Source: an uncultured Alphaproteobacteria bacterium (GTDB taxonomy: Bacteria > Pseudomonadota > Alphaproteobacteria > RF32 > CAG-239). From it: a stretch of 64,000 nt of DNA. Within the stretch, counting starts at the first letter, position 1, and the number at the start of each line of letters is the position of its first letter. Below, in pieces: positions 19,201 to 27,173 of the stretch. The notes beneath the pieces were generated by a model, which did not search any database, was not told where the DNA came from, and saw nothing but the letters and a program-made list of their open reading frames with translations. The stretch spans positions 58,485 to 122,484 of the forward strand of contig CAJGCO010000001.1 of assembly GCA_904501925.1 (NCBI GenBank). The letters are read 5' to 3'. The translations under genes were made by a program, and so were the position numbers.

Positions 19201-21670
19201 TTGTTCCTTCAGAACCAGAATTAATTAAGTTTTGGATATCTTTTGGCTCTTTATAGAATTTAGTAACATAGTTTTGACCATACTTATTGATATATGAATC
19301 TTTGCTATTTCTAATTCTTAAATCTATTTCATTTTTTAGAGTTTTTGTATCTTTTCTTTTTGTTCCTTCAATATATTCTTCATATTTTATATCAACGAAA
19401 TTAGCATCTGATGATGCAACTGCATAACAAGCTAGTTCCATTTTAGAATATTTTTCAACAGATTTAATCTTATGGCCTTTTACAACTCTTTCACGCCAAC
19501 TAGCAACAACCTCTTTGGTATATTGTTTTTTAGTTGCATCATATTTATTATATGAACTACACAATCCTTTAGATTTTGCATATGTTATTGCACTACCATC
19601 ATTAACAGCCTCTTGTGGGGTTTTTAATGAAGTTAATTTATTAACAAGTTTTTGTATTGGCTCTTTTTCATCATCATAACTTTGTTTATCAGAATATTTT
19701 GCTGTTTGCGATTTAGCTATTCTGTATGATGCATCTGCAAGGTCTATAGAATTTATAACCATACGAATGTTGCGATATTTATTGAATAAATATTCTTTTT
19801 GAAGAGCTTGTTGGTCAACCCATTTATCAAATTTAAATTTATCTAGATTTTCCATAATTATGTTATGACCAAGGCGCCATTTATTTTCGCCTTTTTTTCT
19901 ATTTTCGTTTTCAATTTTTTCAGAATCTGACATATTTATAAATCCATCAGATGTATGCATATCTTCTGTATCTACACTATCTTCTGAATCGACTGATACA
20001 CTTTGATGTCCATTTAATCCAGATTCCATATCAGCAGTTATTGTTTCAACGCTACATGCAAATAAACTACTATCATTCTCACAAGCATTATTTTTATCAG
20101 AAACATATCCATCTGGACAAGCTCCTTCTTCGTAATAACCTCTACAATCAGATGTTGTTCCAATAAATTTATCTGTTGCATCTTCTTGGTATCTTATAAT
20201 TAACTCTCTTGATAAACCTTTACGTTTTTCATGATTATTAATTTGATAAAAACGATCCCAGTCATCACTTCCTAACCATATTGCCTTACCACTCTCATTT
20301 GGATCTTTTTTATGTCTTTCAATAAAGCTTATAACACAATTATCACTTTGAGACAAACCATCTAATGCACGTTTGTGTACCTCTACTGATTTTAAGTATT
20401 TACGATATTCAGTGTTGTATTCTGGTAATTCGTATTTTATGTTATGTATCAAGCGAGCTTCTTCAATAAGATCTCCTACAGGAGATAGTTTACTTAAAAT
20501 TTCACTATTATCACCAGCGTTTGTTTTACGGGGTGTTTTGTTTATAAATGGACAGAATGGTGACTTAGTTTTTTCGCATAAACCTTTTCCTAGTTTACCA
20601 AGTCCAAACATTTTTGCATTACTATGTTCTTGGCTATTAACATATGCAAATTGATAATTTTGCTCTATATATTTCGAGGCATTGCTTTCTTTAATTGGTT
20701 CTGCATAATCTAATTGTGCTGCGGCTCTGTATATTGCTTCCATAGTTGTTAAATCTTCAACAATGCGCAATAATCTATCATATATAGTTGTTACAATATA
20801 TGAGTTCATATAATCGCCTTGTTTTCCACCTTCTTCTTCGCCTTCGCCCTCTCCTTCGCTTTCTTGGCCATCGCCACCATCAAAACTTGGATCTGAATAA
20901 ACTATTTGCATGCCAAAAAATACACAATCTTCACCTTGTTTATTTCCTAAAATACATTCGTCTACGTTGTTTAATGTTTTTTCAACTTCATTTAAATAAA
21001 ACTCATTTAATCTGCTAACAAGATATGTTTCTACAAATACGTCTTGTTTATATTCCTCTCGTTTACTTCTATAAATACTCTTTACAATTGAGAATTTGTC
21101 TTCTCCTACTTCGCTTTCGCTTGGTAAATACATAAACAATGTTTTGTATGCTTGTTCATATTCGTTTTCATCAATAGAATTTTCTGAAATACCTAAGTCG
21201 CTATCTGCTTTATTGCCACCTCTACCTGGAACTTTACTTTGGCCTGGAGTATCGCTTGAAGCGCTAGTACCTCCACCGGTCAATCCTGACAAAGCACCGG
21301 AACCTCCGGTTATACCTGATAAACCACCAGAACCTCCGGTTATACCTGATAAACCATTAGATAAACCACCAGTTATACCAGATAGACCATTGGATAATCC
21401 ACCAGTTAATCCTGATAAACTTGATGCTCCTGGTATCATACCTGCAACACCACTAACTTTGATGCTTTGAATTTTTTGGTACACAGCCTGCACTTTTGCA
21501 ACTTGATTTTGCACGTTCACAATCAATTTTTGAACATTACTTGGTAAGCCAGCAATTGGTTCACCAGGCATAGGAGGAATAGGTAGGAAAGCATATACAT
21601 TATTTGATGTTGCGCATAATAGAGCAGCGCACACCACTAACACTCTTACCTTTTTTAACAAACTAATCAT
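16247..21670 (-). CDS. Giant secreted Cys-containing coiled-coil protein (about 1807 aa) with a VirB5/TrbJ-like N-terminus and a Gly-rich repeat
   Basis: The likely start is the ATG at 21670 (MISLLKKVRVLVVCAALLCATSNNVYA signal), which overlaps the upstream stop (ATGATTAG). The mature N-terminus is FLPIPPMPGEPIAGLPSNVQKLIVNVQNQVAKVQAVYQKIQ, followed by (GLSGITGG)n. The remainder is K/E-rich with many Cys and no TM helices. Confidence 0.7.
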   Translation of the reverse strand: MISLLKKVRVLVVCAALLCATSNNVYAFLPIPPMPGEPIAGLPSNVQKLIVNVQNQVAKVQAVYQKIQSIKVSGVAGMIPGASSLSGLTGGLSNGLSGITGGLSNGLSGITGGSGGLSGITGGSGALSGLTGGGTSASSDTPGQSKVPGRGGNKADSDLGISENSIDENEYEQAYKTLFMYLPSESEVGEDKFSIVKSIYRSKREEYKQDVFVETYLVSRLNEFYLNEVEKTLNNVDECILGNKQGEDCVFFGMQIVYSDPSFDGGDGQESEGEGEGEEEGGKQGDYMNSYIVTTIYDRLLRIVEDLTTMEAIYRAAAQLDYAEPIKESNASKYIEQNYQFAYVNSQEHSNAKMFGLGKLGKGLCEKTKSPFCPFINKTPRKTNAGDNSEILSKLSPVGDLIEEARLIHNIKYELPEYNTEYRKYLKSVEVHKRALDGLSQSDNCVISFIERHKKDPNESGKAIWLGSDDWDRFYQINNHEKRKGLSRELIIRYQEDATDKFIGTTSDCRGYYEEGACPDGYVSDKNNACENDSSLFACSVETITADMESGLNGHQSVSVDSEDSVDTEDMHTSDGFINMSDSEKIENENRKKGENKWRLGHNIIMENLDKFKFDKWVDQQALQKEYLFNKYRNIRMVINSIDLADASYRIAKSQTAKYSDKQSYDDEKEPIQKLVNKLTSLKTPQEAVNDGSAITYAKSKGLCSSYNKYDATKKQYTKEVVASWRERVVKGHKIKSVEKYSKMELACYAVASSDANFVDIKYEEYIEGTKRKDTKTLKNEIDLRIRNSKDSYINKYGQNYVTKFYKEPKDIQNLINSGSEGTTESCAGTWNFTVNFLVRKFFPTVLGRCGGSTDAQARNMYSFGQSKGRIIALDKLEDVKTKRVKENKKITKVINNYLNNKTAAENKKEKIAKNRKSWSKTVDSLTTKKNDIISRLSKSKSMVEKLGKDNDMLEDSNKKLQKEILKGRLGVIQDINGNNRKISLNKFNIDRITKSSQQENSLCTKLESGRLGKKICIKEDTESEKYITIDYANSKIKSYGSQIKSYDSLLKSSRDDLLKLEERLKQLAEKFAEDYVDVAEEAQDNIEKSNKKFEEFVEYSDDDDVKRMKGKRGSHTTNDLSSTILLVLENRRKIDSSTKLSDSDFIKESIESTWFTNSKLTSLGNNFKNSLGLPDKIYISERLDIGDGKYLDPSLYSANKIIEKVKDNIIKIATARIADKIEDADKIAASEVEKANDIVNNWAENKLCVLGEGGEHIPGGCSIDYMDMTLYGDNDENAKITMGHKKMINDIITPKAANKQKLSEAGIDLRKVFGVIDDSLITTDTEYFASIPARGLFKQASFDHCVYGQDANKHDGCDYKAPKAPLANIPPLREAFYFSSVDYDNIPSKKAVSDAIPAISVLLEEKYPGEDIEILPEVWRYLLARPNLRNDGKYQQTFTERSYDSTRLLKYLDKFDEDEVHVTINRAGVYPCKIGNTIVDVEDADKVGNLDYIKNNVLAGTVNNNCYDVSLSNQYIKHNLSDYNSNKSISKNKNKGYIKEFKKAQNRPIYKNISELTQFVKKHNKKIAYRRPIHTSGKRLTSKDTKNNIENQMALSIMYTNNVMGRFLNVLDMENNTRKNMNQSRLSIEEKVKQLCSTIHENDLVVSDIEQELEGDEKTQACLDHIMDTNGLASNSSDKKEVKESICNRSSTKKSTYETIFCTLNTAKAQKLNEAKKALANALDGLKRKEKNMVKDRIEELESLIKALEADSNEELEIKPGDGADVVTKEAIYKSAIDRKASLEMVEEALVAMDNQSKVAPYCPVY

Positions 21671-22997
21671 TTTTGCCTCCTTCCATTCCAGCATGCAAAT
21701 CGACTCGGTCTTTCTTCATATCTTCTATTGTACTATCAATAAGTTGACTATCAACTTTATAATTTTTTAATTCTACTGGTCCATAGTAGTCTTTTTTACC
21801 AACTTTTTCTAAATCTGTTTCATTGATTTCTTTTGCTGCTAAAAATTGTAATTTTGCAGCTTGCAATTTTGCATATAAAACTAGAGCTCTAGCATTTTCT
21901 AATCTAGTTTTGGTATAAGTTGTTATGGCCTGAACTTCACCTTCTGATTGAGCTGCTTCCTCATAATATGTTTTAGCTTTTTCTGTTCGCTCTGGAAGCT
22001 CTCTCTTTATTGTAGCAGATACCTGCAACAAATGTATTACAGTATTTAAATATAAGAATTTTCTTTCTCTTATAACTCTATCTGTAACTGTGGTACTTAC
22101 TGCTGCTTGATTATAACCATTTTTTTCACCGGTTATTCTTTTATTTATTTCTTCTTGATCATAAAAATATGTTTTTACAAAAGTTTTGTAATTTTCTTCA
22201 GTTAATCCAAATTCTCCTGTTATATCATTTTTTCCACCCCAAGTTTTATCACCATTATCCTTATCTTCACTTATCATTTGGGCTTTTTCTTCTGTTTCTT
22301 CTAGAAGTTTCTTTTGTTTTTCAAATTCTTGATATGTATCATCTTCTTCAGTTCCGATTTTAGATTTTTCTTTTTCTAATTCCTCTTTATTGCTTTCTTC
22401 TTTAGTCTTACGTGCAGAAATTTCATCGAGCAGTAAGCTTAATTCTTCATATTCGGATAATTTTTTTTGATACTCAGTCTCTGCTCTTACTATTTCTATA
22501 GCTGATTTATTTGATGAAACTAATCTATCATATTTAGCTTTTGCTTGCTCTACTTCACTTTTCTTTCGCTTTTGTTCATTTTTCTTGTTTTGTTCTTCTT
22601 TTTTTAATTCTTTAATATTTTCTTCTGATATTTTTATTTTTGCCTCAGCTAATTCGGTTAAGGCTTGTTGATGTAATGCTTGTTGTGCATTTACTTTTTT
22701 TCCAGTTATTTCTTTTGTTCCTTTAATTATACCTTCTTCATTAGAGGATAATTTAAATTTAGGCATTTTAGGTAAATATTTAAGTAAATCTTCTTTACCA
22801 AAACCGATACTTTTCATTTTGGTAATAAGATCTGTTGCTTTTTGGATTTTTTGAGCAATTTCATTAATGATTTCTACCATATCATTAACTTTTGCTGCTG
22901 TTTGGCTAAAGTCAAGGGTTATTGACGCCTCAACTTGTTTTAGAGGAGCAAATACTATGAGTGTGCTTAAAATTATTATTGATATAAAATTTCTCAT
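21663..22997 (-). CDS. Secreted coiled-coil protein (444 aa), VirB5/TrbJ-like N-terminal helix
   Basis: Signal MRNFISIIILSTLIVFAPLKQVEA, then SITLDFSQTAAKVNDMVEIINEIAQKIQKATDLI. The rest is K/E-rich coiled coil. Confidence 0.55.
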   Translation of the reverse strand: MRNFISIIILSTLIVFAPLKQVEASITLDFSQTAAKVNDMVEIINEIAQKIQKATDLITKMKSIGFGKEDLLKYLPKMPKFKLSSNEEGIIKGTKEITGKKVNAQQALHQQALTELAEAKIKISEENIKELKKEEQNKKNEQKRKKSEVEQAKAKYDRLVSSNKSAIEIVRAETEYQKKLSEYEELSLLLDEISARKTKEESNKEELEKEKSKIGTEEDDTYQEFEKQKKLLEETEEKAQMISEDKDNGDKTWGGKNDITGEFGLTEENYKTFVKTYFYDQEEINKRITGEKNGYNQAAVSTTVTDRVIRERKFLYLNTVIHLLQVSATIKRELPERTEKAKTYYEEAAQSEGEVQAITTYTKTRLENARALVLYAKLQAAKLQFLAAKEINETDLEKVGKKDYYGPVELKNYKVDSQLIDSTIEDMKKDRVDLHAGMEGGKND

Positions 22998-23000
22998 AAT

Positions 23001-23687
23001 TTATTCCTCCACATCATTTTTTATTTTATTTTTAAGTTCAAGAGAATCTACGGCTGTAATCATATATGCTCTAATTTCAAGAATACGTGATAGACGCTTT
23101 TGACTGTTTAATACAACTTTATTTTGAGATGATAAAATAGTTTCAGATGATTGTGTTGCATTCTCGTATGGATATAATTCTTGGCTATCTTCATCTATAA
23201 TACTTTGGTGTGTGGCCATTGCTTTGGCAAATAATACGGAAATATCTTTTACAATTGTTGCATTGATATTTTCTGCTAAACTTTTCTGAACATCAAGAGA
23301 TTTATCTTGTCCTTTTTTGTATATGTAAGTATCTGATATTTTTTTTGCTAAATCTGTAGGATCTTCAGCTGCAATATCACCTTCATCTAAACCAGAACCC
23401 TCTAGGGCAACCACACCTGTTATTGGTGTTATCTGAGAACCTCCACTTCCACAAAGCTCTGGTAAATAATTACATATCTCACCTAAAAAACCTTGTTTAA
23501 GTTTTTCTTTTGCATCTTCAATTGAGTTTTTAACTTCTTCTACTTGTTTTTTTACTTCATCAACATGTTTCATTACTGTTTGAAGTAAAGCTACAAAATC
23601 AAACACAGCATGAGCTTCTCTTGCAAAGAGCATAAATGATAAAAACACAGCTATTAATAATCTACTCTTCATCTCGAATCTCCCCAA
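23001..23687 (-). CDS. VirB5/TrbJ-like minor pilin/adhesin candidate (about 223 aa from the internal ATG at 23672)
   Basis: Signal MKSRLLIAVFLSFMLFAREAHA, then VFDFVALLQTVMKHVDEVKKQVEEVKNSIEDAKEKL. Compare the (I)PVFD start of mature TrbJ/VirB5. The size matches canonical VirB5. Confidence 0.55.
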   Translation of the reverse strand: MGRFEMKSRLLIAVFLSFMLFAREAHAVFDFVALLQTVMKHVDEVKKQVEEVKNSIEDAKEKLKQGFLGEICNYLPELCGSGGSQITPITGVVALEGSGLDEGDIAAEDPTDLAKKISDTYIYKKGQDKSLDVQKSLAENINATIVKDISVLFAKAMATHQSIIDEDSQELYPYENATQSSETILSSQNKVVLNSQKRLSRILEIRAYMITAVDSLELKNKIKNDVEE

Positions 23688-25899
23688 AATAGCTATAATC
23701 TAGACTGTTTATATCTTTTAGAATTTCTGCTTGCAAATTTGTTGCATCTGCATCTACAATATTTAACAACTGAAGCGTTGAATAATAATTAATTTGAGCT
23801 CCTGATGCATAATAATCTTTATTTGTTGCTGCTTCATTTAATTTACTTTGAAGTGATGCGATATTCATATCGTCCTCAGGTTCATTATAATACTCTATTC
23901 CTGAATTATAATTTGCAATTAGAGCCATTAATAATTTATCGAAATTTGAATTTTGTGATACTTTTCTTTGATTTTCTCTCCAAATATCTTTTATTTCTTG
24001 AGCATTCTCTGCTTTTTCTTCTGGAGAATTTGGATCTAAGCCTAATGTTGACGTTAAAGCATATAAAGTTAAACAGCCATTTATATTATTTTCAGCACTT
24101 TTTATTTTATCAGCATCATATTTATCATCAGATGAAACAGATATGTCTTCAGCTTTTAATCCACAGTGTTCTAAGATTAGATTGGGAAAAACATGCTTAT
24201 CCTCTATAAAACCTGGACTATTTTGAATTGAACTTTTTACATCATCTGTGTTTAACAATAACTCTTTTTCAGAACTTAATAATTGAACAACTCTTTTAGC
24301 AGAATCTACTGCATCTACACGTCTTATATGGTTCCATAAAATTGGTGCGTGAATATCTATATTACATATTTGGCTGATACTATCTTGGATACTTTGCGCG
24401 TCTTTTATGCTATCATTTAACTCTTTATATGTTGATGAGTTTTCATCAACATCCCCACGCCATGATTGAGCTTTTTGGATTGCTGCACCTGTTGTTATTT
24501 TATTGGCTGCATTATAATCTTCTAAGATATGATAGAATATACCATTTCTTTCAATATCATCAAGGTTTTCATTGGATGAATCGTCAACTATTTTCTTTAG
24601 AAGATCATTTTGTCCATCTTCTTTACCTTTAATCATTTGCACACATTGTCTTAACCACCCTGGGTTTGTCTTTAAATCTTTTATATCGTCTAGTGTTTTA
24701 TCATAACAAACCAATTCTGATGATGTTAAAAAGCTTTTAATACCACTTTCTGAATTTATTGTGATAATTTTAGCGTTTAAGTTGTCTATATTATTTTTAT
24801 ATAAAAATGCATATTTAAGATTTTGTTTTAATTCATCTACTGATGAGGTTTTTTTTTCATCTCCTGTTTTTTTTTCATCTGAGGTTTCTGGGGTTGTTAC
24901 TTCTTCCTCGTCAGAATATTCTTTGCTATTACTTATGGCATTAAGAGCATCATCTTTAATTAAATCAATTTGTTTTATGATTTCTTCTGATTTTTGGTTT
25001 ATTGTATTTAGCACATCGTCTTCTACGGTTGCTTTGGCTGATGCAATACTATTTGTTAATTCTTCACCAGCTTTGGCTAAATCCTCTTGGCTTATTTCTC
25101 CTCTATTAAATGCTGCAACTGCCTCACTATATTGATCATATGCAGCTATAATCTTTTCTTTATATTCTGTATCAAGATTTTCTTTGATTTCATCTAAAGC
25201 TTGACTAACTTCAGCGCTTAATTCATCTAATTGCTGTTTTAAATTATCAATTTTTTCTAACAATTCAGCTTTAGTCTCGCTATCAACACTTTCATCTTTT
25301 TCTACTTTCTCTTGAATACCTTCTAAAGCATCTTTTGATAATTGAATACCTGCTAAAGCTTGCTCTTTTGCATTATCTATAAATTCTTTAACGTCATTTA
25401 AGTTAGCTTCTGCGTTAGCTCTGTTTTCATTTAATATTTCTTCATCAACATTACCATCTTTGCTATCTTCTTGAACTTGAGCTACAGTTTCTGTTGCCCT
25501 TTGCTGTTCTACGCCTAGGACAGATTGAGCTAAATTACTTATATTTTGCACATTTTCAGTTAATGTTGATATTGTTGAATTAACTGCTTCACATAATCCT
25601 TCTATGCCTTCTTTGATACTTGTTATTGCATTCTTTAATGTATCTATATATTTTAGCATAGTTGATAATTGATCTCCTAATGCATTGATTTGTTGTACAG
25701 TCGCTGTTATACCACTAACAAATGATGTTGCCTTGGAAATGTTTTTAGTAATTGATGTTATGAATTGTGTTATTTGAACAGCATCAATAACTGGCCAAAC
25801 AAATGCATGTGATGGACGTGCAAACAAAGAAAACCAACAGCAAAATATTACTGTTATAATCTTCCTATTTATAATATTTTTCTTCATTTCTTCCTCCAT
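23662..25899 (-). CDS. Secreted coiled-coil protein (745 aa) with a VirB5/TrbJ-like N-terminus
   Basis: The signal ends ..FARPSHA, then FVWPVIDAVQITQFITSITKNISKATSF. The protein is long, acidic and helical. The ATG at 25887 (MKKNI), preceded by GGAGGA, is an alternative start. Confidence 0.6.
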   Translation of the reverse strand: MEEEMKKNIINRKIITVIFCCWFSLFARPSHAFVWPVIDAVQITQFITSITKNISKATSFVSGITATVQQINALGDQLSTMLKYIDTLKNAITSIKEGIEGLCEAVNSTISTLTENVQNISNLAQSVLGVEQQRATETVAQVQEDSKDGNVDEEILNENRANAEANLNDVKEFIDNAKEQALAGIQLSKDALEGIQEKVEKDESVDSETKAELLEKIDNLKQQLDELSAEVSQALDEIKENLDTEYKEKIIAAYDQYSEAVAAFNRGEISQEDLAKAGEELTNSIASAKATVEDDVLNTINQKSEEIIKQIDLIKDDALNAISNSKEYSDEEEVTTPETSDEKKTGDEKKTSSVDELKQNLKYAFLYKNNIDNLNAKIITINSESGIKSFLTSSELVCYDKTLDDIKDLKTNPGWLRQCVQMIKGKEDGQNDLLKKIVDDSSNENLDDIERNGIFYHILEDYNAANKITTGAAIQKAQSWRGDVDENSSTYKELNDSIKDAQSIQDSISQICNIDIHAPILWNHIRRVDAVDSAKRVVQLLSSEKELLLNTDDVKSSIQNSPGFIEDKHVFPNLILEHCGLKAEDISVSSDDKYDADKIKSAENNINGCLTLYALTSTLGLDPNSPEEKAENAQEIKDIWRENQRKVSQNSNFDKLLMALIANYNSGIEYYNEPEDDMNIASLQSKLNEAATNKDYYASGAQINYYSTLQLLNIVDADATNLQAEILKDINSLDYSYFGEIRDEE

Positions 25900-25929
25900 A
25901 CTACATAATACTATATATCATATACTAAA

Positions 25930-27105
25930 TTAATTCGCCTTAGATTTATCACCCATATTGATTATTTTATTGCTTACTTCTTTTAATTTATCTTTTATTG
26001 AGGTTGAGGCTAATGCAAACTCTTGATTATTATTACCTTTTAGAGATAAAACAACTGAATTAACTTTTTTCTTAAACTCTTTACCACTATTTAGAAATCT
26101 ATCTTTTGATATATCTCCATAAATATAGGCCTCAACTATTTTTTCATAATTATTAAAACCTTCTTTGATTTTTGCATCATATTCTCTATTATAGCTATAC
26201 TTTTTGCTCTCTGCTGATGCTATTATCTTTGAATATAATTGATCGTTTTCTTCTTTTATGATTTCTAATTCTTCTGATATTTGAGCTTTTTTATCATCTG
26301 CAATATCTGCACTACTATCAACACGTTTTTGAATTTCATCTATTTGAGCTGATGTAATTTTATGATTTTCGCTCAATTTATTTATTGCAACATCAAGATA
26401 ATCATTTAACATTATATGAGATTTTTCAATTTCAGCTTCTGTCAATGCTATAACTTGTTTTGCTTTTGATAACTGCTCATTATCATCAATTTCTTCCTCT
26501 TCTTCCTCTTCTTCAATAACTTCTAATTTAAGAGGAGTATCTTTTATTAGTAAACCTTCTGGAGTTTCTAGTTTAATAGGTTCTTTGGGCTCGATATCTT
26601 CAGGAATTTTTAATTCAAGAGGTTTATCTGTTTTTGTATCATTTACCTTATCAGCCATTTGTTCTACATCATTAGTTAGATTTTCAACATCTGTAGTAAT
26701 GTTTTCAATTTCATCAATAGCACTTTCTATACAATCTACTTGTCCTTGTGCTATTTCAGACATTTTACTATTAATTTCATCTTCAATATTAGCAATACGA
26801 TCTAAATTTTCAGAGATTTTATCATTTATAGATGTCATAAACTCATCTATTGCTGAAGGGTCAAAACCTAAAATAGCAGCAAAAGAAGCAAGAGATGCCA
26901 CGGAAGCTTTTAGGGTTTCAAGGGATTTTTTTAAATCTGCTAATGACTGCTGAACAGTTTTCAACTGTTTACCAGACTCAACAACACCTTTTATCGTTGG
27001 AACAATCTCACCCATATCAAAAACAGGCCAAAAAGCCTTTGTTTGATTAGAAATAAGCATTAAACTAAACAAAGATCCAAAAAATAAATGCTTATACTTC
27101 ATCAT
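25930..27105 (-). CDS. Secreted coiled-coil protein (391 aa) with a VirB5/TrbJ-like N-terminus
   Basis: Signal MMKYKHLFFGSLFSLMLISNQTKA, then FWPVFDMGEIVPTIKGVVESGKQLKTVQQSL. Compare RP4 TrbJ, whose mature end reads GIPVFD......I...ES (recalled from memory). It also carries a poly-Glu run. Confidence 0.6.
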   Translation of the reverse strand: MMKYKHLFFGSLFSLMLISNQTKAFWPVFDMGEIVPTIKGVVESGKQLKTVQQSLADLKKSLETLKASVASLASFAAILGFDPSAIDEFMTSINDKISENLDRIANIEDEINSKMSEIAQGQVDCIESAIDEIENITTDVENLTNDVEQMADKVNDTKTDKPLELKIPEDIEPKEPIKLETPEGLLIKDTPLKLEVIEEEEEEEEIDDNEQLSKAKQVIALTEAEIEKSHIMLNDYLDVAINKLSENHKITSAQIDEIQKRVDSSADIADDKKAQISEELEIIKEENDQLYSKIIASAESKKYSYNREYDAKIKEGFNNYEKIVEAYIYGDISKDRFLNSGKEFKKKVNSVVLSLKGNNNQEFALASTSIKDKLKEVSNKIINMGDKSKAN

Positions 27106-27137
27106 AATATCCCTTCACTCCTACTTTCCTGCGTGTA

Positions 27138-27166
27138 ATGGTATCACATTTTCCTTGTTTTGTCAA
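27138..27166 (-). promoter_or_regulatory. Candidate sigma70-type promoter upstream of the first VirB5-like gene
   Basis: The minus strand reads TTGACA-17 nt-TACCAT (TTGACA = 27166..27161; TACCAT = 27143..27138). It lies in the 68-bp virB4/next-gene gap and is followed by an AGGAG RBS. This is an AT-rich context, so a chance match is possible. Confidence 0.3.
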
Positions 27167-27173
27167 GTATTTT

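Noticed and set aside
16247-27105. Looked for VirB6 (polytopic TrbL/VirB6) among the five ORFs between virB4 and virB8, because rvh systems carry VirB6 paralogs there.
   Set aside because: None has internal TM helices. Each has only an N-terminal signal peptide followed by charged helical sequence, so a VirB6 call is not supportable.
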